Source of the DNA: Camelus ferus
Lineage: Eukaryota
Reading direction: 5' to 3'
Assembly: GCF_009834535.1 (NCBI RefSeq)
Contig: NC_045696.1
Location: 28,522,001-28,586,000 of the forward strand
DNA: 64,000 nt
The position numbers were made by a program, and so were the translations under genes. Shown here piece by piece: positions 51,412 to 64,000 of the stretch (within the stretch, counting starts at the first letter, position 1; each line of letters begins with the position of its first letter). The notes beneath the pieces were generated by a model. That model ran no database searches. It was not told the origin of the DNA and was given only the letters and a program-made list of their open reading frames with translations.

Positions 51412-52244
51412 CTGATAACTGAGCAGGACATAGAAAAGCTCATCTCCAGGCCTCCCTGAGTCATAGGAGAGCAGGCTCAGGCAGTTGATTAGGACAAGCC
51501 TGCAGGCACTGGGGGATGGCAAGGACTCTGATCACCTATCTCAATGATTACTCCCTCACTTCCCTTTAAAACTTTTATGGCTGAACAGAATCTTTGGAGA
51601 TAGTTTTTTGGGGGAGATGCTGGGTCCACCATATTGTAGGCATTCTGATTAAAAGCAATTTTCCTTTTTGTTGCCAAGGCTGTTACCCCCAGGATCATAC
51701 CCCTGCCCCTCCCTCAAAACAAATTGTCCTTATCTAAGTCTTAGAAGGCAGCTGCAGAGGAGAAACAAGAACTGGTTAGAACAGAGTCAAAGATGGTGGA
51801 GGATTTGACTTCTAGTGGACCTTGAGCCTCATTATATGCTTACTGTAATGTATTAGCATGCTAAGTGACACACCCACCAATGCCATGACAGTTGACTATT
51901 GCCATGACAACAATGATAAAAGCCCAGACAAAGACTGAAAAGCCCATATAAGGACTAATTAGTTCTCTCACATTTGGAAGGAGAACATGATGGGAGAAAC
52001 CTCTCAAAAAAATACAGGTGGCCCAACCTGGGCCGTAGATATCTCAACTGACCATCTTGGCTGATGGCTCCCCACTCAAGAGCCTTTCTCTCCTTTTCCC
52101 CCTCTCAATGCTTTCCTTTTCCTCTTTTGAGAAATAAAACATCTTTCACTCTCTGCCTCAGCTGGGAATTCTTTCCAACCAGCAGGCAAGAAGCCACCTT
52201 TTGTGGTATCCTCATTCTAAGTGGGAGTCTTCCATCGGCTAACA
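51412..52244 (+). mobile_element. Two adjacent or nested ERV1-class LTRs (about 51412-51680 and 51681-52244)
   Basis: First has ctttaaaa and attaaaagc signals. Second runs tgttacc...ggctaaca with AATAAA near 52133 and imperfect aggc/aagc flanks. Confidence 0.6.
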
Positions 52245-52267
52245 AAGCACTGTCTAGCAAGATCATC

Positions 52268-52972
52268 CAAAACAGTTTTCAGTGACAAGAGATTTTGTTC
52301 CCCACAGGGCACCTTTGGCAACATCTGCAAACATGTTTTATTGTCATGGCTTGGGGTGGGATAGATCAAACAAACTTCAATTGGGCTCCCTCTATGCCCT
52401 CTTCCCAAAAAGGACTCTATCTTGGCATTCCATGTCCTTGTCCTGCTGAGCCCAATTTTAGCAAAGAATCCTACTAAGTCAGTTTATTGAGAGCCTCAGG
52501 CCTCAACCCTGATGTCTGATCAAATTCCTCATCTCTTACTCTTGATGCCTAAATCTTTGGCCTGTTTTTAGCAAGAATCTTGTTAAGCCAGTTTAGCAAG
52601 AATTCCCTTACTTTAGGAATCTAATCAGGTCTCCTCCGGTAATTTTCAATCCGCTGACCCCCTCATTCTGCTGTTTGGCTATAAATCCTCAGCTGTCTCA
52701 GAATTGAGCTCAGTCTCTCTCTCCTGTGACAACAGTCTTGACCTCTATTATAATATTCTTGAATAAAGTCTTCCTTGTGTTTTTAACAAGTGTCCAGTGC
52801 AATTTTTGTGTGTGTGTAGAAAGTGTCAGAATAATTTATCTTTAGCAGGATACTGTTAGCATCTAGCAGTGGGTGGGCACCAGAAACACTGTTAAGCATC
52901 CTATAATGCCAGCTCCAAAACAAGGAATTGCCCAGCCAGAATGTCAGTAATACCTGTTTGAGAAACTCTATT
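52268..52972 (+). mobile_element. MER20 DNA transposon (52268-52360 and 52847-52972) split by an LTR
   Basis: gattttgttccccacagggcacctttggcaacatctg... resumes gcatctagcagtggg...ctgttaagcatcctataatgc...cccagccagaatgtcagta...ttgagaaactct. Confidence 0.8.
52361..52846 (+). mobile_element. MER31-like ERV1 solo LTR
   Basis: Duplicated ttagcaa(a)gaatc..taag.cagttta motif, ggctataaatcc TATA, cttgaataaagtcttcctt poly(A) signal. Confidence 0.75.
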
Positions 52973-54074
52973 TCTAGAGAGAGATCAGAATGGCTGACAA
53001 AAACGTGACCAAAGGTGGTCTTCTAAGCCTATTTGCTATAAAAGAATTAAGCCAACTTGAAGGTGGATTGCATGTTATTTTTTAAGGCCTGCCTGTACTG
53101 GTAACCCATATTCAGTGCTAGAATTTGGGAAATTAGTAGGTAGGAAAGCTTAGCCTAGCATAGAGATTGCTTTGGAAATCAATGGATATGCGTCTCAGTA
53201 TAAGCAAAGAGATGTTTGAAATCTGACTGTTGGCAGAAAGCAGACCAGCAAAAACATTCCTGCAGCTCTAGGCAAGGGCTCTACATGGTCAGACTTAAAA
53301 CAGTGAGCAGTAATGGGGCGGAAGCAGTAACCGTAGACTGCTCATATGGAGGTCTCCCTAAGTCAAGCATTACAATAACCACCTTAGCACTGAAGAAACC
53401 CCTAGAATGTTAATGTAATGCAAGCAAGGACTTCAAGAGAGAGGCAACTCTTGAACTTCCTGCTCACAAGACAAGTGTGAACTTGCATGTAATTGGAAAA
53501 TTAATCTAAGGGGCTTAACAAGAATGAACTAAATATAACTTTATATTATGTGTCAATTATTAAATTGAACAATATATGTATTAATGCTACAGGAGCACAG
53601 AAGAAGAAAGATTAATAGTCACAGAAGGTTTAGCAGAAGATGTGGAAATGAATAATACATGTAAAGTATGACTTAGCTCAATTCTAGAACAATGCAAGTC
53701 CTCAAGGAAATAAAAAAAAAGGGCAGCTATCACTGTTATCCTGCGACTCTTTTAAAAATGTTCATGCGAACGTTAGAAGAGAAGGGGAAGAAACGCCAAG
53801 TTACAAAGACTGAATTGAGGCAAATGGAATAAAGATATATAGAAACAGAGTATAGATCAAGCTTAGCATAATGCTTATACAGATTGGATCTAAATTTATG
53901 ATGCTAATTATTAAAAGTATCAGGTTTGTTAGACTTTGAAAGATTATGTGCATCACTGAATGTCATGTGCCTCAACTCTCACCATTTTAATGCCCCATTT
54001 TATGTTTCAGGAAAATTGAAGTATTACAAGTCCTTACTTTCATAGGGTTCTTCCCCTTCTCTCATCGGTTAAGA

Positions 54075-54615
54075 CTTTACTTTTTAGAAAGCAACATGAA
54101 AGTCAAAGGGCAGAGATTTTCCACACACCTCTAGTCTTCACACATGCACAGCCTAACACCTTATCAGCATCTCCTTTCACGGTGGCACATTTTTCAAAAC
54201 TGATGACCCTGCACTGAGGCATCATAATTGTCCAAAGTCTGTCGTTTACACAAAGGTTCACTCTGATGTACATTCTATGGTTTGGATAAACATATAATGA
54301 CATGTATTTATCATTATGGTATAATATAAGGTATTTTCACTGTCCGAAAAACCCTCTGTGGCCTACCTAATCACCGTTCCCCACTCCTCAAACCTCTGGC
54401 AATCACTAATCTTTTTACTGTCTCCATAGTTTTGCCTTTTCAGAGTGTCATACAGTTGAAATCGTACAATATGTAGCCTTTTCTAATTGGCTTCTTTCAC
54501 TTAGTGAAAATACATTTAAGTTTCCTCCATGTCTTTTCTTGGTTTGATAGCTCATTTCTTTTTAGTGCTGATTAATATTCCATAGTCTGGATGTACCACA
54601 GTGTGTTTATCTATC
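54075..54615 (-). mobile_element. L1MB/L1MC 3' UTR fragment
   Basis: gatgtacattctatggtttggataaac...ctctggcaatcactaatctttttactgtctccatagttttgcctttt...gtctggatgtaccacagt. Confidence 0.85.
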
Positions 54616-55234
54616 CCCTCCTCATTTAATAGTGTTCTCCCTTTCCAGAATATCTTTTCCTAGCCCTTTGCCTACAGCAATTTCTCCTGGCATAGTCATC
54701 GAGACCATTACCCAATGGTCACATCATCTGCAAGCCCATCCTGACCACCCTAAGTGTTCATGTGAGTTAAGCATCCTTTTTCCTTTCTTTCTGTAACTCC
54801 CTGTGCTCATTATGCTTATCACCGTGCTTTGTAATTGTTTGTCTGCTTACCTGTGAGGACTTTCTCTTTCACTAATCTCTCAGTCTCTGGTACAGGGCTT
54901 TACACCCAGGGAAAGTCAATAAGCATTCCTGACGGACTCTCTCTGCTTAAGAGCTTTCGGTAAAATAATCACCTTCAGTAATTACAAACATACCCACACA
55001 AAGCAAATGCTAAAAGACAACGGAAAAAAACCAAACCAACAAACCTTAAATTGTCAAGGCAAAGAAGGCTAAGGAAAACTTATCTTTAATATTTACTGCA
55101 GGTCTTTAGAAAAGATCTTTAATTTCCTTTTTTTCTATTATAAAGCATAGAATACTTTTTAACCAATCATCAAATATCATTCTTTGTTCAGTATAAGATT
55201 TTAACACCGATTCTGGCAGGAAGCACACTCTATA

Positions 55235-55470
55235 ACATACAAGCACTCTGGACTGCCTGGGTTAAAATCCTGACTTTACTGCTTAGTAACAAATTTCTTT
55301 GCCTATTTTCTCTTCTAAAACAAAACAAAACAAAGGAGGAGAAGGGATTAAAAAAATAGTAACTCCCTGGAAAGTCTGTGCTAACCATTAAACAAATTAT
55401 TCAATGTAAAGTTCTTGCAAATATGTCTGACAAGCGTAAGTGTTCAGGAAGTGTTAGGTATTATTTTATT
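55235..55470 (+). mobile_element. MIR SINE
   Basis: gactgcctgggttaaaatcctgac...caatgtaaagttcttgcaaatatgtctgacaagcgtaagtgttcagg...tattatt. Confidence 0.65.
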
Positions 55471-55904
55471 ATATTTTCAATTAATGCGTTTGCTTACCAG
55501 TGTTCAAGATATAAAACTTTTTTGTAATACTGAATATAGTAATGACAATTGTTCATCTTTGCTTTATGAGACCACATGAAATATAACAGTAAAGAAAACA
55601 AGTGCCGATAGTTATCCAAGTATTTTCCATGTGCTCTGTCATATTTACAATCCACTTTTCTGCTTTTTATGAAGAACATCCTTTGTCTTTTGATTTCCAT
55701 TTTTTTTTTCTTGCCAATAGAAGGGACTTTAAAAGTCAGAAAGCAGAAGAATGAGGTTGGGTATTACTGCCCTAACCCCATTTATGCCATGTCACTAGGA
55801 ATGAACAGTTTCCTGAGCCTTTAGCAAAGTATCAGAGATCACTAGAGACCAATACTTTCTCTGGGCTCTAGCAATTTCTCTTTTCTTTTGCCCATCCAGT
55901 TCCT

Positions 55905-56925
55905 GTGTTAGTTTTCTTTTGTTGTTGTCACAAATTACCACAAACTTAATGGCTTCAAACGACACAAATGTGTTATCTTACAATCTGGCAGATCACAAGT
56001 CTGACTGGGATAAAATCAAGATGTCAACAGGGCTGCGTTCCTTCTTGGAGGCACTACAGAAGAATCCATTCCCTTGCCTTTTCCAACTCCTAGTGTTAAC
56101 AGAGACGAACAAACCTGACCCCATATTGGATCTACGCCTTTAGTTCTAACCTTCGTGCCCTGTTGCTGTGCTTAGTCATGCCGGCTCTGCACCTTTGTAA
56201 AAGAATGTTGCCTATAGCCTGAAATATTTATGATAGTCCATTCTCAAGGCTCGGAGTCTCAGGCTTGATATTTAAAGGTAGAACACTTTTCATTCATATG
56301 GAGATAAAAAGTTGCAGAACAGAAAATAACATCCATCTTGTTGGAGGTTTACAGGAAAGTTGTGACAGGTGCAAGAGCAAAGGATTCTCGCTCAAAAAGT
56401 TTGCAACAACCAGCCACACCTTTCCTCTAAAAGTATAATTTTAAATTTAAATTTTAAATTTAAGTACAAGTATAAATTTAAGCCTAAATTCTTACTCAGG
56501 TAAGATGGTTCTTTGGGACACCAGTTTACCATCTTCTTGGTCTTCTGGCTTTTCGAATACTCCTTGCCCCAGCACCTCAGCTGTCAATTTTTGAACCTTT
56601 CTTGCAGCAAGGAGTACAAGCTTTGATTCAGTAACACGAGAAGCTCATGGCCCCCTTTCTCCTTCTGTCTCCAAAGCCAGCAATGTTTCATCTCTTTGAC
56701 CATTCTTCATAGTCACTTCTCCCTCCAATCATAGCCAGAAGATGTTCTCCACTGTTAAGGACCTATATGATTAGATTTGGCCTGACTGGGTAATACAGAA
56801 TAATCATCCATTTTTAGGTTCCTTAAGTTAATCACATCTGCAAAGTCCCCTTCACCATATAAGACAAAAAGGTTCTGGGGATTAGGATGTGAACATCTTT
56901 CAGGGTACCCATTTTTCTTTCTAAC
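55905..56925 (-). mobile_element. MLT1C/D-like LTR (55905-56093 and 56637-56925) split by an ERV LTR
   Basis: tgtgttagttttc...acaaattaccacaaacttaatggctt...cccttgccttttccaactcctag | gagaagctcatggcccc...ttaatcacatctgcaaagtccc...ggattaggatgtgaacatcttt. Confidence 0.85.
56094..56636 (+). mobile_element. ERV1-class solo LTR
   Basis: Canonical TG...CA termini (tgttaac...gtaaca); 4-bp flanks ctag/cgag; interrupts the MLT1 cleanly. Confidence 0.8.
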
Positions 56926-58059
56926 TCAGTTCTAGAGTGGTACAATCCTCACCTGTTGCTAGTCATAACATACTGCAACATCTCTGCCTGAATATTTATG
57001 AATAGAATCTTTATAAACAACCCATTTTGAGTGTGTAAGGATACTGACATTCCCACAAAGGTAAAATATATATTGGAGAGAGGATATTAGTGAACAGGAG
57101 GTTATACAAATCTTTTCGAAGAGTGTGAGATGATGTAAGATTGGTAGCTGGATTAATAGTTTGGGATGTGAGGGCAATATGGCTGTGACATCTGTCACCC
57201 ATTGATCAGCAGGGTTGATTAACAGTATGTAGAAAGCAAAAGACCTGAGGATCCTCAGAATGTGACACCATGTGTAGTAAGTCAAATACTCTTGAGGAAT
57301 TCCTGGGAAAGTTAGGAGTTATAAGTACCAGAGACTAGATGAGGACAGAGTGGAACATCTGAAAACAAGGGTGTTGAATAAATGTCTGCACAATGTATTA
57401 AGTACACTTCCACACAGAACAATGGAGAGACTGAATTTTCTAGAGACACTGAATGGGCAAGTTTCTGAATTCCTAAGCACCTAGAAAAAGAGAGGGCAGC
57501 CGCGAAGGTGTGGAAATTATCTTCTCAGGTAACAGAGAATTATTCAGTCAATCAGCTTTGCCTTGCTCTTAAAACCTCAGCAGGTAGGACTGTAATTTCT
57601 AGTGTTGGAGATTATAGACTTCATCTTGGAAGTAAAAAATATACCTATTTTAAAGACCTGCACATGGTGACATTTTAGGTCTTCTCTAACGAAATGCCCT
57701 TCTCATTCTCATAATGGCCAGTCACCTACTGAGAATCAACTAAGTAATAAGCAGAATGTCACTGGCCATGTTAGAGGATGTGTAGACACTAACAGGAATG
57801 GATGCTTTGAAGAAAGTCCAGCTTGAGACCAACAACCCTTTAGATTTTTTTTTTTAATTCTAAAGTATCTATAAAAAATTTAAAACACACTGTCACACAA
57901 AGCCAATGAAATTTTCCCACAAAAATAGAGCAAATGGGAATAAGGATTAAAAAAAAAAAAACTCATACAATCACCTAAAACAGTCCAATAATTGCCTAAT
58001 AATAATTTCAGAAAAAGAGGAATGAAGGAACAAAGTGGGCTGGGGAACTGAGGTTGAGA

Positions 58060-58423
58060 GGTTGGGTACTTCCTTTCCTATCTGTTGGCTTCTAGACAGC
58101 ACGCATGGAAATTAAGCTCCAGGTGGTTTAGGGTTCATGGCGGAAGTAGTACCTGTAGATAGCAAGAGTCCTGACCACTAGTAGCAAAGTTGTTAGTGGT
58201 AGAAAGCAACACTGTTAGTCTAAATGGATTGTTTTGCTTCATGACCTTGCTGTGTGTGGTTCCTTTTTTCTGTGTTCTCTTTTTCTGCATTTCTTCTAAT
58301 CTTGTTCAGCAGCCTTCACAAAGATGCAGTGAGCTTCCTAAGACCCGTCACATAAATTTCTATTCTGCTTATGTTAGCTAGATTTGGTTTTTCTTCCTTG
58401 TAACCAAGATCAATGAATCATAC
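58060..58423 (+). mobile_element. Old MaLR/ERVL LTR fragment
   Basis: 3' end taaatttctattctgcttatgttagctagatttggtttttcttccttgtaaccaaga...cataca. Confidence 0.5.
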
Positions 58424-59439
58424 AATTTATTACCCGTTTAGTACTATTTGACTTTTAACTATGTGCGTAGTAATTTTAGATGAAAAAAAAAAAAATAAGG
58501 AGAATTACCCTGGAGAAAAGCCTTATTTATAGCAAAATTCTAGGAAGTTTGGATTTAATTTTTCTAGGTAGAAAGTAACTTGTCCACTGTTAGCTTTGCC
58601 AAGGAAGGTACAGATTAGGCAGTGATAATTTTTGAAGAATCTCTGCATTTTGGGGCTGGTATGAAATCTAAAATATTACAGTCATTAACAACTAGTATGT
58701 GTTTATTAAACTATTTAAAGAAATAAAAATAAAATTTTATTTTATTATAGAACATTCTTTAGTTTATTTTTGGTTGTTGTTATTGTTCTCTTAGAGTGTA
58801 AATAATTATTCTTTCAAAAACCATGCTGTTCTATCATTTCTTCCTGTTTGATCTGCTAAGATAACTTGCCTCCCCCTTTTCAGTGGTAATGTGATTTTTC
58901 TTTTTTCCTAGAAGTTCCTTGTATAAATAACAAACTCTGCTCTGGGCAGGCATGATAAGGCAGGAAGGAAATGCTTAAAGTGTTTACATTTAAATAATCT
59001 GTCTCTCAATTTCCCTTTCTTCTGTCCACCTCTTTTCCTCTTGCTCCTTCCCTCCATTCCTCTTTCTCTCCCACTACACATACACACACACAGCATTTTG
59101 TAATTCATTCTCATTGCTACTTAATGAAGACTGAAGACTTTTTGTATAATACAGAACACCAATTTAGACTGTTAGACGATAAACTGTATGCATCTAGAGA
59201 AGTATGTGAAAGTTTAAAATCCTAATTTTCTAATATTTATATCCATTACTAGAATTTTTTAAAAAGTTTTTCTATTTATAAGATATTTGTAGAAATGGTT
59301 TCCTTATGAACTAATGCTTATTTTAGAATATATGAGTTACTGGGGAAAATGAACGGAAAATTCAGATAGGTGTGTTATTCAAATTATACTAGAAAACGTT
59401 ACATTTTGTTGAGTCCTAAGCAAAAGCTGCATAGCCTTT

Positions 59440-59830
59440 TTTTGTGCTCTGTGATTAGAACAAACATCTGAGCAGTGTGTACAGCATTTTATGAGAGCAT
59501 ATTATAATCAATCTAATCCCATTACACTGGGTAAACAAATTAGCCCTAAAATTGCTGAAATTTATCATAGATTCCAATAACTGTTCATGCATTATTTGCT
59601 CTGCTCTCCTTAAACATGTGTTGCTAAGCCCATTTTAGGCTTCCACATAAGGATTAGCCTTTCCAATCACATTGAAAGCCAGATTGCTTAACTACAGCCC
59701 AGAGTGTCATGCTACAGATAATCCATGCCCTTGATTAATGCTCTTATAATCAATTGCTGTTGCGAAGTGACTCCTTCCCATCGCACTCTTCACAAAAAGA
59801 GCAGATGGTATTTAAAAGGTTATGGCAGAA
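59440..59830. promoter_or_regulatory. Candidate developmental enhancer (homeodomain, FOX and bHLH motif cluster)
   Basis: Three TAATCC/GGATTA, two TTATAATCAAT, GTAAACAA and CAGATGG in repeat-free sequence; function is inferred. Confidence 0.4.
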
Positions 59831-62139
59831 GGGCATTACAGAGGTCAAATGGAACATCGATCAAGTGGGCAGAAAAATTGCTTCTTTTTCCTGGCTTTTT
59901 CCTTCTTATCCTAAGAATCCATAAAGGAATGTAGTGTATGACTTATAGTTTGATCTATTGTTCAAGCACCGAGATATTTTCTTGTTTCAAATTTCTGTGT
60001 TGTTTTGGGTAATGAACCTGGAAATTGGATTCCTTGTGTGCCAATAAAAAATTGTACCAGTATGAGCATCTCAAGCAAATAATTCTTAGGCTCAGGAAAT
60101 TTTTTTTTTCCAAAAATTTTAATGCAGCCAGAGTATTCCAACTTCATAAAAACTTTAATATACAGTGACTCTCAGATCAATTTTTACAGAGGTAATGGCT
60201 TTATTTCTAGAAAATCATTCCCAATTTTCATTTTTATGTGAAATTAAATGTGGTGCTACGTGTATAGATTTTCTCTCTCTTCCTGTCCCTTTTCACACTA
60301 ATGACAGTCTATCATATATTTCAAAGTGATCAGTTCTCTTTTTAATTGGTATGCTTGGCTCTAATGAGGTGGAGTCATGCTAGAGAGACTGCATTCCCAC
60401 GTGAAGACTACAACAATTGAAATTAAGTAAGAAAATGTCAGCATAAGGTTGTTTCAAAACTGAAATGTGTTATTTTAATAAATCAGTGCCTTCAGATACA
60501 TTGATTCAGAAGCCCTGACCACGAATAGGTCACTTCTGCACAATATAATGGTGATAAAAAATATTCATTTTACAAATAGAGAGAATATGCACCCTTGAAT
60601 TTATGGAGAAAAAGAAAAGATTTTCCAATAAGGTTTGGTAGAAGGTTTATGATACCAGACATTTGTGTACCTTTCTATTGTTCAATGTGCTATTACATGC
60701 ATTATCTAAGTAGTCACTAATAATTTACAAAGTACTTATTTCATATATATGTTAACTGTCTGCAGGATACAAAGATATTATCTTTGTTGTCAAGTAGTTC
60801 AGATATATTTGGGGAGGAAACAACCTTCATACAAAAGTGAAAAAATATTATTTGATTTTTTTTCAAGATGTTTCATAAGAGAATAAGTGGTTAACTGTCC
60901 TCACAAAATGCTATTACGATATCACTAAGAGAAAGTGTGTGTGGTGCAGACTAGCCAAGAAAATATTTGGATTGCAAAAGAATGATTACGATTTAAAAAG
61001 GCACTTCAGAAAAGACTGGAAGCGAAGACACAGAAGTGGGACATCCTAGGTCAGCCTAGGCCAGTGGAGCTGCTGTGGTGAGAATTTCACACATCATACA
61101 TGTTTGAAAGTCTGTTGAGGCCAAATTGTAAAGAAGCTTAAATGTTGTGCATAAATGTTTAAACTTTATGACACACACAAATGTTTTTGACGGAGGGAGT
61201 TTTCCTTCACATAGTGTAGGTCATGCCTTTCCAGTAGGATGCAAAGTGTTTCCAGTTTTCTAATTTTAGCTCTTACAAACGTATATGGTTTCAATGTCTT
61301 AGCTACTAGGATCAATGAATCTGAAGGGAATAAAAGGGATATTTTGCTAGATGCTACCTGGAAGGAACTTTAATCTTGCAAAAAGATGAATTTATACTAA
61401 AGGACTGGGGAACATTCACTTATGTTTGTGACATGCATTATAATAGGAGACGGGATTAATCAGGAGGGTTCCATTGACAGAGACACTGAATGGTTTATTG
61501 AGTGACTTCTCTACATCAGGCCTTAGGAACAACAGGCCTCATAAAATATAGCCCTGCTCCTCAGAGTTTCTAGTCTAGTGGGCAAGGCTTGCTGCCATAC
61601 AGAGCATGGAAGGTGGACATATGACATGGGTCCAGAAGATACCTTGGAAAAGAAGTGCAAGCTGAACTTGGATGGGAGCATGAACTTCAGCTGTGTATGA
61701 GCGAGGAAAATACCAGAATGCACTGGGGGAGGTGTTCACACTGCAAATGACTTTACCTTACCTGGATATTCTGATAGTGCCCGGGTCAGGACAAGGGGCC
61801 CTCCTTCCAACCCACTGGGAATCACTGAATTTAGCCCACCTGCAAAAAGGAAATACTATGAAAAAGAGCCTGTGTTTTAGAACTATCAATTCAAAATGGG
61901 AGAATGGAAATAGAAAAATCAACTACAATTTACCTGAACTCTGGAGATGAAGGTTATATTCTATCCTGTGTGACCCCCTGAGACATCAGTATTATTCTGG
62001 CTTTCTTTATATGAATGACAGGTGAAAAGCGGGAGAAGTACCAGTGGATTCTCAACATGGTTAAAGTACAAACAATCTTTAAATCTATACAATGGAAGAA
62101 AACTGGGTCTGCTGTCCGGCTCACACTGACTTCTCCAGA

Positions 62140-62560
62140 GGCCATGCCTGAGCCTGTGACCCTCAGGAAGCTGCTTCTCCCTCTTCAACTCTCACTCTAT
62201 CAGTGAAAATAAGCGGGAGATACTATGATCTGCCTTCCCTGGCCACAGTGATGGGCTTAAAGGTGTCCATGTGACCAAGCCTGAATCAGCTGACCACTTT
62301 CCCAGAACTTTTCCAAAAGAGAAGCTGGGACATGGAGTCCCTCTTTCTTTCTCAGTAGACAGTGCTGTGACATCTAAGCCCCAAATAGGGGTCAGCCCAG
62401 TCTAAAGTTCCCATCATTGCTTCAGAAAAATGATTGCAGCAACTTTGAAGTTTAATTCTATTAGTATTAGATAAATCCTTAGGGTTTGACATGCTAACTC
62501 CTTGTTTTTTTCCTATGCATAAACTCAGCCATACATTTGACAGATACTTATTCAGCAACT
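62140..62560 (+). mobile_element. Old MLT1-like LTR fragment
   Basis: ccctggccacagtgatgggcttaaaggtgtccatgtgaccaagcctg. Confidence 0.5.
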
Positions 62561-64000
62561 GCTATGGGCATGAGGTGCATTTGTAGGTAAACATGAGATT
62601 CTGGAATCAGATATATTTCATGCCTTAGAAGTCAGTTTTTAATAAAATATTTTTATAAATAATGGTTAGATCCCACTCTTCCCACTTGGTAGCACTTGAA
62701 TCTGTGTTCGTATTTTCTGTAATCTACAGCATGCATTATAAAAAGGAGCATTCTAATAAATACAGAAGTTCATGTGGAATTGTTTTGTGGCATGCAAATG
62801 AATATGCTTGCACATTCCTGGACATAAATATGAAACTCTATATGTCAGTAGGTGACGTCGGCTCTGAAAAAGGGAGCTAAGCTCATGCACGTTGCAGATA
62901 ACTATATTTAATTCTTTCACTTCTACTAAAGTAATAGACATTATTCATTGTCATATTCTAAAAAAATTTTCACAAGGGAAAAGTAATCTCTGATCAAATT
63001 CTTGCAGGATTGTTTACCTGACCACCCTCAGGTATTTTAAAATTTATGTTAACGCAAATCAGGAGTCTATGCTAAGGCAGAAAAGAAGTTAAAAAGACCT
63101 TATGATTTTTGTTTGTTTGTTTGTTTACCCTTGCAGCTCTAGTAAGGGAGGAACATTTGTCAATAAGCATGAATTGTCACCACAATTTGTACATGGCAGT
63201 TTTCATGGTAACAGGAAGTATACTAATTCTAAGTAATGTATTAAGTGCTAACTTTGCAATTTCTTCTATTCATTCCTGATTTGATATACAATTAAGGGCA
63301 TGCCATTTGTGATACTGGATGGTGCCTTTTTTGGTATACTTACAAAAACCCTCATAGACCTTGGAAACTCAATGAGCTAGAGAGCTAGAGAATACAAACC
63401 AGTTCCTACATGTTCAAAATTATCCCAACCGTAGAAGGGGTGCCCACTCCTGTGACCCCTGTGGTGTGGGTTGTCATGTTCCTGCACATTTCTCCTTTAA
63501 TGAGAATAAACAAAAGAGACATGAACTGTTTGTGATGTGCACTGCAGAAACAAAGAGCAGTTAAGCACATCAGTGTGCTCCATAAAAGAATTAGAGCAAT
63601 GATGTTTAAGGGAGAGCCTGTTATCAAGTGGATCAAAATTTTTATTCAGGGATGTGCTTAAAGACAAAAGAGCTATAAAAAAAATGAAACATCTTCATAT
63701 GTATTTTACACCAATAATTTACCTTCATAATAAATGTTTGGAATAGTTTCTGGCTCTTTATTGAAACAGGAATGTAAAAGCATGAATAAAATAATCACTG
63801 TGTTAACTGACCTGGCAGTCTATTTTTTTCCCCCCTCTAGAAGGGTTTATGCTCAACCTCATGAAGGAAAAACAGTCATGCTCAGAAGTTTGTGCTCATC
63901 TTTCACAGCTATCAGTAGAAGAAAATGTTAGCTCCTCTCAGGAAGAATGGATGCTCATTATAGACTTATTTATATGTATGATTTTATCAAATAGTATCAA

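Noticed and set aside
57080..57300. Possible L3/CR1 remnant
   Set aside because: Similarity too weak to call by eye.
89..63931. The many 60-130 aa ORFs in the track
   Set aside because: Short, often with non-ATG starts, biased in composition and without recognisable domains; those with homology are L1/ERV debris.

Overview
AT-rich, CpG-depleted mammalian genomic DNA, most likely camelid (alpaca/llama/camel), inferred from three tRNA-derived Vic-1-type SINEs and cetartiodactyl-type L1 3' tails. I found no credible host protein-coding exon, so the window looks like a gene desert or a deep intron. The ORF track is noise, apart from decayed L1 ORF2 and ERVL pol fragments. Most identifiable content is interspersed repeats: L1, L2, MIR, MaLR/ERV1/ERVL LTRs and MER20/MER58. 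The most notable items are a full-length U6 snRNA retrocopy fused to an L1 3' tail (26923-27225), two rearranged L1 insertions with inverted segments, nested LTR insertions, and several repeat-free, motif-dense stretches that may be conserved enhancers (best: 59440-59830). Nothing here supports a new biological system. Repeat family names were recognised by eye from remembered consensus sequences, and their boundaries are approximate.
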